DNA of 63,724 nt, filler included, from Octopus bimaculoides (GCF_001194135.2; 5 parts of 5 records of this genome joined end to end with filler, not necessarily neighbours in it), one strand, 5' to 3'; counted from the whole stretch's first letter, positions 50,816-63,724 are shown. Notes: generated by a model from the sequence alone, not told the origin. Numbers and translations are program-made.

Positions 50816-52039
50816 CTTTTACTCTGTGAGTGTGTGTAAGTGAGCGTTTATGCATCTGTATGTGTTTATTTGTGTATGTGTGTGTAGGTTTATGTATAAG
50901 TGTGTGTCTGTAAATGCCTTTGATTGTATGTGTATGCGTATATGCGTATGTACATGTGTATGTGTATTTGTATATATTTATGCGTATATATACGTGTATG
51001 TGAATGCATATGTGTATATATGTATATGTGCATTATCTCTCTCTCTCTCTCTCTCTCTGTCAGTGTGTTTGTGTATTTATGTCTATTTTTGTATGTATTT
51101 TTGTCAATGTGTGTGTGTGATAGTTTCTCTGTATGAGCGTGTGAGCTTCTCTATGTAAGTATGTCTTTGTATGTGTGTTTGTATATGTGTCTGTATGTGT
51201 GCTTGTATGTGTACCTGTTTGTGTCTATATTTGTGTCTGTATGTATTCCTGTATGTGAATACAAGAACGCATACAGATTGTGAGTTGCAACAAGGGACGT
51301 TAATCTGATTGTTATACCTCAATGAACAACGGAATTCATTGTTGTTCGTGACGTTGTTATACATCTACACTACACCGAACGACGCACAACGGACAGTGAA
51401 CCTGGAACAGTGAACAATGGACAAATAACAGTGGACTGTAAACAAAGCATTGCAAACAATGTACAGTGTACACTGTGCAGTGAACGAGGAACAGTGAGTG
51501 AACGGTAGATGGGATACAATTCATTGCTCCTCAAACATAACCTAAATATTATCGGGATAAAATAAGCCAAAAGTTGAGCTGTCAGTTGGCATCGCTGTAA
51601 ATCTGTGCAGTCTTCTGAATATTGAAGCATGGCTGTAGTATTATAAAACATTGAAAAGATATCCATTATCACCACACGCAAGTTAAACAACTGATGCTAC
51701 GCTTAGCCTACTTCCATCAACACTGACCTGGAATATATCCCTCGGTGGAAACAAAACAAACCGGTCTTCAATAGCACTAGAGCGCACAATCACCATAAAT
51801 ATATATGAAGAACATAATCTTGCTACAAACGTCATCCCTGCGGATTAACAACATACGGCTAAAACATGGCGACCACACATCTAAAACATAACTGAGAGCA
51901 AATTTTTGTCATTTAATATGTTAGAAATAGCAGCCTAATCGCTCTGGAATTATGCCTCGCGTGTCTTAGAGCAAAAAAAAAATCATGCTTTGGATAAAGT
52001 ACTTCTAGATTCGTGAAGCGTTCCGTTTTTTTTTCTAGT

Positions 52040-52360
52040 GAAGGTGCGTGGCTGGGTGGTTAGGGGTATTCGGCTCGTAATCATAAAGTTGTGAGTTCGA
52101 TTCCCAGTACTGCGCTGTGTCCTTGAACAAGACACTTTATTTCACCTTGCTCCAGTTCACTCAGTTGGCAAAAATGAGTAGTACCTGTATTTCAAAGGGG
52201 CCAGCCTTGTAACATTTTGTGTCACAGTGAATCTCCTTGCGAACTACTTTAAGGGTACGCGTGTCTGTGGAGTGTTCAGGCACATGCACGTCGATTTCAC
52301 GAACACGTTGTTCTGTTGATCGGATCAACTGGAATACTCGTCGTCGTAACCGACGGAATG
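52040..52360 (+). mobile_element. tRNA-derived SINE, same family as 47106
   Basis: GAGTTCGATTCCC B-box, GTGTCCTTGAACAAGACAC core and GTTGATCGGATCAACTGG 3' body. Confidence 0.85.
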
Positions 52361-53549
52361 TCAGTACATGTATGTTGTTAGATACACTATGTTGAATAAA
52401 AAATGGTAGGATGGTCACGAATCGGTTGCGTCTCATAAAGAATTCTATTTATCAAGACGCTTCATGCGATAGTAACTTTTACCGATGGATCTAACTCAGC
52501 AACAAATAGGATGAAGAACATTTTGCATACCAAGAAATTTCATGCATGGTGATCTTTCTCAGAAATCTGAGAACAATTCTAATATTAACAGGGAAATATA
52601 ACCTTGTTTTCGGGCGAAACTTTTACTTCACGTCTCACTTCGAAGAGAGTTACAAAATACATGTTAAACAAAAAAGACAGCGATACACTTACACCCTTAT
52701 ATGCGACTGAAAATGCCGACTTTGTCACGTAACCGTGGAAAATATTCCACGTGTGATGAACATCTATCGCAAAATGTTTCTTTACAGTATGATGCTGTTG
52801 CTAGAATAACGAGCTACTCCGAAAGCTACATATTGACGAAAGGGTATGAAACAAAAGAAATCTGAATAAAGAACGAGCAACGGATACTGTGTCAGTTATA
52901 AATATATTTTTTAAATATGGCAATCGAAGCTGTTTTCTTACAAGCTAACGCCATAAAATATCTTTGTAGCATTAGTACTGCAAGCAATTTGGAAATTTTG
53001 ACTGCTTCACTCTAAACGAAACAAACCTGTCCCATCGATATTAAAAGCTACCAGATCCTAATATCAACAAGAACTTTTCACAGAAATACAGATATCATCA
53101 AGCTCTATTTCAGTAGAAAGAGAGTGTTGTATGGTATCACAAAAACAACGAATGTTGTATGGTATGACAAAAACAGCATCTTATAAACGACCGCAGCAAA
53201 ACAGGATGTAGTAGCCAAATGCGCAAAAATAAAGAAAACAACATCGTTCAAATCAACAGCGAATTCCAAGAATAACTCACTTCGAGATGACCTTCGATGA
53301 AAACCAGAAATGCTAGATTAATGGATTGTGACAAAGACCTAAAATTAGAATGAAAAATGTTAGTTATCAGAACGATACTAATGCCGATATAAAGTGTAAC
53401 TTTTGTTGGTCTCGTCACCGTTACATCCTGTCACATTTCTAACTTTGTGTTTTCGATATCGCAAAGCAAGAGATAGCGATAAAATACATAATGATCAATA
53501 TAGAAAGCGAAACAGCTTAACTTCCAAAATGAAGCAAAATAGCATTTCT

Positions 53550-54704
53550 GTGGATTCACAGCCGCATTCATTTTCTCGATGTTTTCAAAATGACTGCCTC
53601 TGAAGTTCTCCTTCAGCTTGAAGAACAACCAAAAGTCACAGGGAGCAAGGTCTGGACCGAAGGGAGCGTGAGGGATAATTTTGATGCCCATCTCAGTCAA
53701 GTGGTTGGCTACCGCAATGGAATTGTGGACTGGTGCATTGTCCAGGTGCAGATGTCACCTACCCGAGTGGAAATGCTTTGGCCTTTTGCGACGAAATATC
53801 TTCCTGAGCTCCCTCAAAACCTCCACAAAAGTACTCATTATTGACCGCCAAGTCAGAGGGAGCTCAGTGAATGTAAACGATCCCCTTGCTGTCGAAAAAG
53901 GGACCATCATGAGTTTCCCGAAGGACTTGTTTTGCCTGGCTATCTTGGGTTTGGAGGAACCAGGATGCTTCCAATGGGTACTTGATCTCTTAGTCTCTGG
54001 ATCATAACAGTAGATCCAGCTTCCGTTACAGGTCATTACAAACTCAAACACTCTTGGAATGGAGTTAATTAGCTCAACCATTTCCCTGCTGTCACCAACT
54101 CGTCTTTCCTTCTGTTCTTCATTGAACACTCTAAGGACAAACTTTGCCCAAGCTTTCTGCGTGTTCAGATCTTCATGAATAATTTTGCCACATGAATTTC
54201 AAACTGTACACTTATTGTCTTTATAGACACACGACTGTCTTCATCCAGAAAATTATGAAATTTTTCAACCAGTTCTGATGTTCTAACGTTCCCGTCCCTC
54301 TTACACCTTTCATTGTCTCTCACCTCTTCTTTACCGTCAATGAACCTCTTGTGCCAGTGAAACACAGATGCTCGTCTCATACAAATAAATCCATAAGCAT
54401 CCTGGAGCATTTTATAAGTTTCTGTAGCATTTTTAACCAGATTAACATAAAACTTTATTGCATAGCGATCTTCCAAATTGTCTTCACGTCTGCATTCTTC
54501 AAACTAGTCAGCTGTGAAAAGCAGTGTTTAGTAGGGAGTGTTCTAAGTGCTGTCACAGCTGTCTCCTTCAATCTTGAATAAGAAAAGTTGGCAGGTCAGC
54601 TTGTTAGGCGTGTAGTATTGATGTCATAAAATTACAATAACCTGGGACAATTATAACTGCCTCTCCTGAAAAAAGAAGTCTCAAAACTTCTGGAATTCCC
54701 CTCG
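53550..54704 (-). mobile_element. Near full-length decayed mariner element (pseudogenised transposase)
   Basis: TA|CGAGGGGAATTCCAGAAGTTTTGAGACT TIR at 54704 on the minus strand. Fragments EDRYAIKF...LQDAYG...SVFHWHKRF, SWIYCYDPETKRSS, HLDNAPVH and PHAPFGPDLAPCDFWLFFKLK. The first catalytic D is lost, with frameshifts; the 3' TIR was not found. Confidence 0.9.
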
Positions 54705-55373
54705 TACAATGCCATTCCATGATAAATACTGCTCTGGGATAAATACAGGAAATATTTCTCATGTTGATACATACATGCATACAGACATACGCACGCACAT
54801 GCGAGTATATGTATATTTATTTCTGCCAAATGCAAACATAACAGTCTTGATATAGCTGTCGAACCATAGAGATCAGCTGCCCTTCAGATGTGAACTTTTC
54901 TTTCAAAATCAATAAGAAAGAGAATATTAATGGACCACTGCTACAAAACCTTCACCTTCTCTACCTTCAATAATTATTGGTGCACCTGGCTGTCTTATTA
55001 AATGTGATATAAAATCGAAAAGCTTCTTTTTTTTTATCAGGCGAAGCAAGTCACCAACCAGTAAGCAATTTGCAAATATCATCTTTAAGCAGAACAGTAA
55101 AAATAAGCAGTAATTTTCTTGAAGTTTCAAATGAGACTCTTCTCTGTTGTTATTATGTAAATTCCAGCAGTGGACTAGTATTTCTTTCTTAGAATCCAAC
55201 TCCTTTCAAATAGGAAGAATTTAAATAGTTCAAAGTAAGAAAATATATTTCATGCATACGTACTCACATCCGCNNNNNNNNNNNNNNNNNNNNNNNNNNN
55301 NNNNNNNNNNNNNNNNNTTAATTAATTAANNNNNNNNNNNNNNNNNNNNNNNNNNNNNNNNNNNNNNNNNNNN

Positions 55374-55492
55374 TTTTTTTTTCTTCCCGCGATCCCTTTT
55401 GATCGAATTACCCCCCCCCCCCAAGAAAAGCTCTACTTTGTAATTTGTCCATTTTCTGTATTTAGCCCTGTGTGGCTATAATAAAAAGATAT
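55374..55492 (+). mobile_element. L1/Tx1-like 3' UTR terminus, second copy
   Basis: Aligns to 29860-29965 (GATCCCT.TTGATCG...AAGAAAAGCTCTAC...AGCCCTGTGTGGCTA.AATAAAA). Confidence 0.6.
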
Positions 55493-55599
55493 CTTTCTCG
55501 GGCGAGGTAATTCTACGTCTTTACGAAATGTATCTATATGCAGCAGCTACTGTGTTCAAGTATGTATCTTGATAATGCATTCTACTCTGTTTCAAGTTG

Positions 55600-55935
55600 A
55601 CCGGATACAAATATGTGTACACATCGGGTGCTGGTCTGCAGTACTGCTTACAAATCGAAAGTCACTTCATGAATCAATGAAGAGATCATTTAGTATTAAA
55701 CTCACTCAGGACAAGAGTTGGCTTAGCCGCCAATGTCTACCTTTGGCGAAAAATATATTTAAATACTGTAGAAATCAAAATAGTATAATTTGTAAACGAT
55801 TAGAGGATACGATTGCTAATAAAATCAATTTAGAGAATAGTTTGATCCGGTGCAATGGGCCAGGAATAAGACTTCTGATGATGACCGAAGAACAAACCGA
55901 TCGGAATGAAATGTTCATGAAGATCAATAAATAAA
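55600..55935 (+). mobile_element. Decayed Penelope-like 3' end: GIY-YIG C-terminal half, hammerhead-like motif, AATAAA
   Basis: RKSLHESMKRSFSIKLTQDKSWLSRQ...RLEDTIANKINLENSLIRCNG resembles GET.RSL..R..EH...I......S....H...R...EA..I.....LNRD.G. It is followed by CTGATGA at 55875-81, a CCGA/TCGG stem, GAAATGTT at 55908-15 and AATAAATAAA. Confidence 0.5.
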
Positions 55936-56671
55936 TACCTCATCAGTAAAGACAAAAATTGTAATCGTATTTTAAGCTAACGTTCTACAGTTTGCCGAAT
56001 ACTAACACTGCATGCTTCTTCAACCAGTTATTGGAACATCAATTGTAATCTCTCATTCATTCACACACTCATTAACTTATATAACACTTAATCGTGGATT
56101 TCATAAAGGTTTTCTTCTGTCTAAAGCGAAAGTACAACAAAAAGTATATTTAGAACTGAATTGACCATAAATTATATTCAGCATTATTAAGCACCCATTC
56201 TAACAAGAAAGGAATAGGCCTGCTAATAGAACACGTAAAAAATATCATTTGCATCACAAATCGCCAACCTGATGAATAATCGCATTTTCTATCAGATGTT
56301 TAACTCCATCAAAGGGCAATATTTCTCATTTCTGCTTTAAATTGGCGCAAAACCAACTTTTGAAAACATCTTACAAGTAAATTTCAAATTGAATTATATT
56401 AAACAGTGATTACATTTCCGCATACTAGAGAAAGCATTCATGTGAATATGATAAAACGGAGTGATAATTTCATTTATATTACTATACAGATTATATCGAT
56501 GTTCACATTGTGTTTGAATAGAGAATATATACTTAAAATTGAACTTATTCTAGGTGCTGCAGTTGTTTCATTACATTGATGTGTTTTCTTATATTTTTCT
56601 GTTAATTAATTTATAGATATAGGTACTGGGTACAATATGTAAATAATAGTTCAGTATATCTTCTTCTTCTT

Positions 56672-56738
<67 letters not shown>

Positions 56739-56916
56739 ATATATTTCAAGAATGCAACGAAATATTATATAAGTATATGTATTATTCATACGTACATATC
56801 TACGAATGTTTGTGCGTGTATATATATGCTTGCATATGTATATATACATATATATGTGCATATATGCATACACACACACACAAACACATAGGTATGAATG
56901 TCTATCTCTCTCTCTT

Positions 56917-57033
<117 letters not shown>

Positions 57034-57137
57034 AAAGACATACGAAATCTTGATATGGAAGATATCCAATAATATCTGGTACATGCATGATAGTTTGCTA
57101 CTTTTCGTCTTGATTGTCAGCTTGGCCAAATTCCACA

Positions 57138-57172
<35 letters not shown>

Positions 57173-57262
57173 ATAAATACATATTCCTACATATATATAC
57201 ACATACATATGTATATCTCCCAAAATACACACATATATATACATACATACATCCACACATCC

Positions 57263-57296
<34 letters not shown>

Positions 57297-57708
57297 ATGT
57301 ATATTCACAATTGCACACTATAGTTTTGGTGTACATGCAACTATAAACACATACACGTAGATGAACTATCAAAATCATCCAAATATATTTGATTTATTAC
57401 ACTGGCAAACATATCAAATGAATGATAAAGATTTTCTTATTCATCAAACCTTGCCGCATTATCTTGATTCTCATTTTACTAATATGTATATTGATCAATA
57501 TATCTGCATATGCATCGATCTGTTTATCTATCTAACTAAATATTCCTGTATCAGCTATCTATGCATCTAGCTTTCTGTCCATCTAAATCGCTCTCCTCTT
57601 TACTTCGTTGTCAGTTTGAGTGTTTGTCACTCCTATTCCATACATATATATAAATATATAAATATATATTCATGCATATTCACACATATTTATATAATAC
57701 ATATATGT

Positions 57709-57765
<57 letters not shown>

Positions 57766-58714
57766 GCGAGAGTGTGTGATTTCACATCCGTCTCTCTGTT
57801 CTAATAAATATCTTTTTCTTCCTTTCGTCTCCCTTTCAGCTATTCACTGTGTGTGTGAGTATGTGTGTGTGAGTATGTGTGTGTGAGTGTGTGTTTGTGT
57901 GTGTATGTGCGCGCGCATGTGTCGATATAAGCACACACATACATATAGGTATATTTATATGTGGGTTTTTTTTTAGTAAATGTGTGTATCCATCTTTTTA
58001 AGTACAATGTTGCTTTCAGACAAATAGGAATTAATATAAGAAATATATGACACACGATATACCAAAGTTGAAAGATATACAAGATTGGTATATAATCCTG
58101 AAGTTATTCTCGAGGGTGACAAGGATATGTGATTCCATGTCTATGCAAGAATGTAGTTTCACACACGCTTGCACACCCGCACGTACGTATGCATATAGCT
58201 GATTGTATGTATTTGTTTATGTATGTATATATGTATGTATGTATGTATATATGTATGTACGCATGTATGCTTATACAAACGGTTTTTATTACGAAAGTGA
58301 GTTACAAGTAATGCATATATAAATTGCATTATTTCCTGACTCATTTTCGTATATACACAAAATTTCGTTACTGAATATAGAACCTAATAAATGAAGAGTA
58401 GTATATAGTGTAAATGGTGGAGATCAGTATATACGGTAATTGTTTAGCTTTTCAAATTGTTTGGAACGCAAGAATTAGTCTTGCACACATATATAAGTTA
58501 GATATGGGTTCAATCGAATTAATTATTGTTAAGTTGGATTGAATAATCTATAAAGAGATAAATAAACAGATGAAGAAAATTGCTGACATCGTTGCATAAA
58601 CTATAAGAAGGTCAATAAGATCAGATATCGATCCAAGGTTTGTTCAATGATTGAGTGTGTGCTCGTGTAAGGAGAATCTGATGTAGATAATGTCCTATGC
58701 ATATTTCTATCTAC

Positions 58715-58890
58715 TAGGCCAGCAATTTCGGGAAGGGATAAGACAATTACATCGACCCTAGTGTTCAAATGGTACTTATTTAATTGACTCCGAAGGAGAA
58801 AAAGTACAGTCGACCTCGGCGTAATTTGAACTCAGAACATAAAAACAGATGAAATGCCGTTAAGCACATTGCATGACGTGCTAACGATTC
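58715..58890 (-). mobile_element. Nin-type SINE
   Basis: GTCGACCTCGGCGTAATTTGAACTCAGAAC is the reverse complement of the Nin-type head. Confidence 0.75.
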
Positions 58891-59739
58891 ATGTTAAAAA
58901 AACAAAGAATGTTCTAACGTTAATGATAAATATTATCTCAAAATCTATCAAAGAATTTCATGCGTTTGAAGAAAGTAAGGTGGGAGTATAAAAGAATTTC
59001 TTTGAAGGATAGTTATAAATTGAAAACAACTGTTTTAAAATATTTCTCACGTTCTATATTTAATTTAAATATGGTAAATTATCCGTGATAAATATGTTTG
59101 TAGGAATTAATATCTCTATTAACAAAGATATTCGTTCTATTTCAGAGAAATTAAATTATCTAAGATTAAATCGTAGGAAATCAAATATTTAAATCAGTAC
59201 AAATTATGTATATATTACATATATTAACCAATATGTTAGGAATGTAAGTACTTAGCTAATTATATGGAAGTAGGACTCTCGAAAGAAGTTTATGCTTGAA
59301 AATCATGGTTATTATCGAAACGAGCAATAATTACGATTCCAATAGCTAAGCAGTGCCATATAGATAGAGACAGATAAAAGAAATATACTATTTCATTATG
59401 CTCTTACATATAAAAGAAGATTTTAGAATTGACTAATATATGATCATACACACGCACACACACACACACACACACACAGGCACGCACACGCATATATGTT
59501 AAACCCCATTGCGGTAAGTCATCACAGAAGAATCAGTTTCAACACTTGCTCACAGATTAAGTTACTTGATAGAAAGTAAAATTTTTAAACAAACGAACAC
59601 GCGCGCGTGTGCGCACAGTCACACACGTATAAGTACACACGCATTTACTTCCTGATATTGTGGGTGTATGCAAGTTTGTATGCATATGCATATTTTTATG
59701 TATGTGCGTATTTATATGTATGTATGTATCTATCTATCT

Positions 59740-60118
59740 GGAGGCGCAATGGCCCAGTGGTTAGGGCAGCGGACTCGCGGTCATAGGATCGCGGTTTCGA
59801 TTCCCAGACCGGGCGTCACGAGTGTTTATTGAGTGAAAACACTTAAAGCTCCACGAGGCTCCGGCAGGGGATGGTGGCGAACCCTGCTGTACTCTTTCAC
59901 CACAACTTTCTCTCACTCTTACTTCCTGTTTCTGTTGTGCCTGTAATTCAAAGGGTCAGCCTTGTCACACTGTGTCACGCTGAATGTCCCCGAGAATTAC
60001 GTTAAGGGTACACGTGTCTGTGGAGTGCTCAACAACTTGCACGTTAATTTCACGAGCAAGCTGTTCCGTTGATCGGATCAACTGGAACCCACGACGTCGT
60101 AAGCGACGGAGTGCCAAC
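59740..60118 (+). mobile_element. Full-length, well-preserved tRNA-derived SINE
   Basis: A-box TGGCCCAGTGGTTAG, B-box GGTTTCGATTCCC; the 3' body is shared with 47106 and 52040. No tRNA acceptor stem, so it is not a tRNA gene. Confidence 0.88.
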
Positions 60119-60224
60119 ACACAAAATGTATCTATCTATTTATGTACTAATGTTCGCTTCTGTGTCAAATTCTACCACAAGCAATTTAACATTTAACTGA
60201 AGAATAGCTCAATACATTGCCTCC

Positions 60225-60352
60225 TAATCACATGGTTCCGGGTTCAGTCTCACTGTGTGGCACCTTGGACGACTGTTTTCTACTAAGCCTCTGGCCAACA
60301 AAAGCCTTGAGAATGGTTTTGGTAGACGGAAACTGAAAGCAGCCCGTCGTAT
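60225..60352 (-). mobile_element. SINE of the 4036 family
   Basis: CATGGTTCCGGGTTCAGTCTCACTGTGTGGCACCTTGG...GGTAGACGGAAACTGAAAG shares the head and body of the 4036 and 61835 copies. Family match is good, but the orientation should be re-checked: the motif string also reads in the same sense as the 4036 copy. Confidence 0.5.
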
Positions 60353-60405
<53 letters not shown>

Positions 60406-60485
60406 TTCAGATGAATATGATACTTAAGTTGAGGCACCAGAATTGAGTACAGTATTATCCTAACAATTTCAAAATAAGGTGATTA

Positions 60486-60936
60486 AAATCAAAATAAGCA
60501 ACAAGGATATCTAGAAGTAATGCAGTATGATCGTTTCAAGCAACTCCATTTAATTGAACAATGCAATCATTACATCAATTTAAATGCAGAGCAAACCTCA
60601 GATGCACAAAGACATAGAATTTAGTTAAATTAAAACAGATGAACAAATTAGTATAATTTTACCTAAAATCTCCAAGAAGATAAGGAGATAAACAAAGAGC
60701 ATGCTGTCTTCACTTCAGCTTAGAAGCTATTCTATCCCATACCGTCTTGGAGATTTTAGGTAAAATTATAGTAATGTTTCCTTCTGTTATAATTTAATTA
60801 AATCTTATGTCTTTATATAGCTGAGGATTGCTCTTCATTTAAATTGATGTAATGATTGCATTGTTCAGTTAAATGGAGTTGCTTGAAACGATCGTACTGC
60901 ATTACCTCTGGATATCCTTCTTGCTTATTTTGATTT
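60486..60936. repeat. Long inverted repeat, 192-bp arms, 67-bp spacer
   Basis: 60486-60677 vs reverse complement of 60745-60936: 172/192 identical with no indels. Confidence 0.93.
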
Positions 60937-61054
60937 ATATATATATATATATATNNNNNNNNNNNNNNNNNNNNNNNNNNNNNNNNNNNNNNNNNNNNTT
61001 AATTAATTAANNNNNNNNNNNNNNNNNNNNNNNNNNNNNNNNNNNNNNNNNNNN

Positions 61055-61825
61055 CTTTGGAAATATGCTGTGCATGAGAAGACCTGGCAAGACAAGTGAG
61101 ACCAAAACTCCTGGCCTTTACCAGGAGTGTAGCCAGCCCACTTATGCGTTGTACACAAAACCCTGCTTGCGAAGACCTGTTGAGGCAAGTGAAATTNNNN
61201 NNNNNNGTTGTACACAAAACCCTGCTTGCGAAGACCTGTTGAGGCAAGTGAAATTGAAAACAAATTCGAAATCGAACCAAATTCGACAACTGGCACCCAT
61301 GCCAACCTTCCTTTAATGGACACTAAACTCTGCTTGCATAGACCTGTTGGGGCAAGTGAAATCGAAATTGAACTAAATTCGATGACTGGNNNNNNNNNNA
61401 ATTCGATGACTGGCACCCGTGCCAATGGAGCGCTAACAGCACCATCCAAGTGGGGTCACTGCCAGAGCAGCTGTCTCAAAGCACCATTTGAACATGATCG
61501 TTACCAGCTTCGCCTTACTGGCACTTGTACTGGTGGTATGTGAACAAAACATTTGAGCGAGGTCGTTGCCAGGTGGCATGTAAAAAACACCATTTCGAGC
61601 ATGGCCATTGCCAGTACTGCGCGACTGGCACTCATGCTGGTGGCACGTAAAAGCACCCATTACACTCTCAGAGTGNNNNNNNNNNNNNNNNNNNNNNNNN
61701 NNNNNNNNNNNNNNNNNNNNNNNNNNNNNNNNNNNNNNNNNNNNNNNNNNNNNNNNNNNNNNNCCAACCCATGCTAGCATGGAAAGCGGACGTTAAACAA
61801 CGACGACGATGACAATGATGATGTA
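61055..61825 (+). mobile_element. RTE-type LINE 3' end (ORF2 tail + internally repetitive 3' UTR)
   Basis: LWKYAVHEKTWQDK* at ~61056-61100, repeated GACCTGTTG.GGCAAGTGAAAT and TGGCA.GTAAAA..CACC units, and the terminus CCAACCCATGCTAGCATGGAAAGCGGACGTTAAAC. Several gaps. Confidence 0.7.
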
Positions 61826-61834
61826 TATATAGGC

Positions 61835-61938
61835 GAAAGAGTGGCTGTGTGTAAGTGGCTTGCTTACCGACCACATAGTTCTGGGTTGAGTCCCACTGTG
61901 TGGCACCTTGGGTAAGTGTCTTCTACTATAGTCTTGGG
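61835..61938 (+). mobile_element. SINE of the 4036 family, cut by a gap
   Basis: GTCCCACTGTGTGGCACCTTGGGTAAGTGTCTTCTACTATAG. Confidence 0.8.
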
Positions 61939-62635
61939 NNNNNNNNNNNNNNNNNNNNNNNNNNNNNNNNNNNNNNNNNNNNNNNNNNNNNNNNNNNNNN
62001 NNNNNNNNNNNNNNNNNNNNNNNNNNNNNNNNNNNNNNNNNNNNNNNNNNNNNNNNNNNNNNNNNNNNNNNNNNNNNNNNNNNNNNNNNNNNNNNNNNNN
62101 NNNNNNNNNNNNNNNNNNNNNNNNNNNNNNNNNNNNNNNNNNNNNNNNNNNNNNNNNNNNNNNNNNNNNNNNNNNNNNNNNNNNNNNNNNNNNNNNNNNN
62201 NNNNNNNNNNNNNNNNNNNNNNNNNNNNNNNNNNNNNNNNNNNNNNNNNNNNNNNNNNNNNNNNNNNNNNNNNNNNNNNNNNNNNNNNNNNNNNNNNNNN
62301 NNNNNNNNNNNNNNNNNNNNNNNNNNNNNNNNNNNNNNNNNNNNNNNNNNNNNNNNNNNNNNNNNNNNNNNNNNNNNNNNNNNNNNNNNNNNNNNNNNNN
62401 NNNNNNNNNNNNNNNNNNNNNNNNNNNNNNNNNNNNNNNNNNNNNNNNNNNNNNNNNNNNNNNNNNNNNNNNNNNNNNNNNNNNNNNNNNNNNNNNNNNN
62501 NNNNNNNNNNTCTTATCAGTGGTCATTTTTAAGTGTCAAAACGCTAGCTTCTTCATTCAGTACTGAGACAACATAAAGTAGTGTCGTAATGATGGTGAAA
62601 AGTAAAGAACTGAGACAACATAAAATAGTGTCGTA

Positions 62636-63724
62636 ATGATGGCGAAAAGTAAAGAACTCACAAATTCAGTGAAAAACTTNNNNNNNNNNNNNNNNNNNNN
62701 NNNNNNNNNNNNNNNNNNNNNNNNNNNNNNNNNNNNNNNNNNNNNNNNNNNNNNNNNNNNNNNNNNNNNNNNNNNNNNNNNNNNNNNNNNNNNNNNNGAA
62801 AACAGAATAAGATCCGGTGCACTACACAAGATTTCCCCTAGATCTTTCAGAAAAATGAAGTGAAGAATTGAAAAAAAACGCAATGATTACCAGAAAAGAG
62901 TTGCAAGAAGATTTGTTAGCTTCAGGGACTAGTGTTACNNNNNNNNNNTTACACTATGAACAATCAGCAATGAACTTCATAGGAATGAAATGAAGTCACG
63001 CTCTCCTAGAAAAACTCCACCGTTTAAAATTTGTTTATGAACATAAAGATAAATCTGATACATTCTGGGNNNNNNNNNNNNNNNNNNNCGAGTCGAAAAT
63101 TGAATTGGTGGGACGAAATTCATGTAGCCATGTTTGGAGAAAAGATGGTACCACCTATTCGCCAAAAAACACAATTCCTACTGCAAAGTTTGGAGGTGGC
63201 AACATCATCGTGTAGGGGTGTTTCTCTGCAAATGNNNNNNNNNNNNNNNNNNNNNNNNNNNNNNNNNNNNNNNNNNNNNNNNNNNNNNNNNNNNNNNNNN
63301 NNNNNNNNNNNNNNNNNNNNNNNNNNNNNNNNNNNNNNNNNNNNNNNNNNNNNNNNNNNNNNNNGTTTTACAACAGGATAACGACCCTAAGCACACGGCA
63401 AAGTCTACCAAAAATGGATTGTAAATCACAATATAAAATTATTAGAATGGCCAAGCCAGTCACCTGACTTGAANNNNNNNNNNAGTCACCTGACTTGAAC
63501 CCCATTGAAAATTTGTGGCATTATTTGAAAATTGAAATTCATTCAAGAGCCCCAATGTGCATTCCAGATTTGAAGAAAATTTATCAAGAAGAATGGGANN
63601 NNNNNNNNCAATGTGCATTCCAGATTTGAAGAAAATTTATCAAGAAGAATGGGAAAAAGTTCCTAAAGGAACACGCGAGTCATTGATTAAGAACTACAAG
63701 AAGAGATTGGTTGAAGTGGAACTG
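62636..63724 (+). mobile_element. Tc1-like transposase gene, fragmented by gaps and lesions, running off the window
   Basis: MAKSKELTNSVKN, RSGALHKISPR, ITRKELQEDL, ESKIEL, KFGGGNIIV*GCFSA, QQDNDPKHTAK and LEWPSQSPDLNPIENLW; DDE-type Tc1 motifs in order. Confidence 0.9.

Noticed and set aside
59740-59815. tRNA-like sequence
   Set aside because: A and B boxes are present, but there is no acceptor stem and it continues into a SINE body; not a tRNA gene.
61148-61255. Exact duplications flanking ~10-N gaps (also ~63459-63500 and ~63555-63660)
   Set aside because: Overlapping contig ends (negative gaps); assembly artefacts rather than tandem repeats.

Overview
AT-rich, microsatellite-dense eukaryotic draft scaffold, with roughly a tenth of the window as N gaps. 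The tRNA-derived and Nin-type SINE families suggest a cephalopod, most likely Octopus (inference). I found no host protein-coding exon that I can support with confidence, so the window reads as intronic or intergenic. Almost all ORF-track entries are microsatellite or gap read-through. The interpretable content is a layered set of transposon remnants: RTE, R4/Dong-like, L1/Tx1-like and Penelope-like retroelement fragments; mariner, Tc1, Tigger/pogo and piggyBac-like DNA-transposon remnants; and many SINEs. The most notable observations are three. (1) At 137-663, two 179-bp hairpin-rich direct repeats flank a 169-bp spacer that carries a minimal type I hammerhead-ribozyme motif on a long stem. 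This fits the B1-A2-B2 end of a split-direct-repeat retroelement, or a retrozyme. (2) Four unrelated long fold-back inverted repeats have arms of about 52, 69, 144 and 192 bp. (3) Several further decayed hammerhead-like motifs lie beside Penelope-like remnants, and a CRE/NRF1-motif LTR-like island is followed by a candidate recursive splice site. All family assignments come from manual translation and motif recognition, not database searches.
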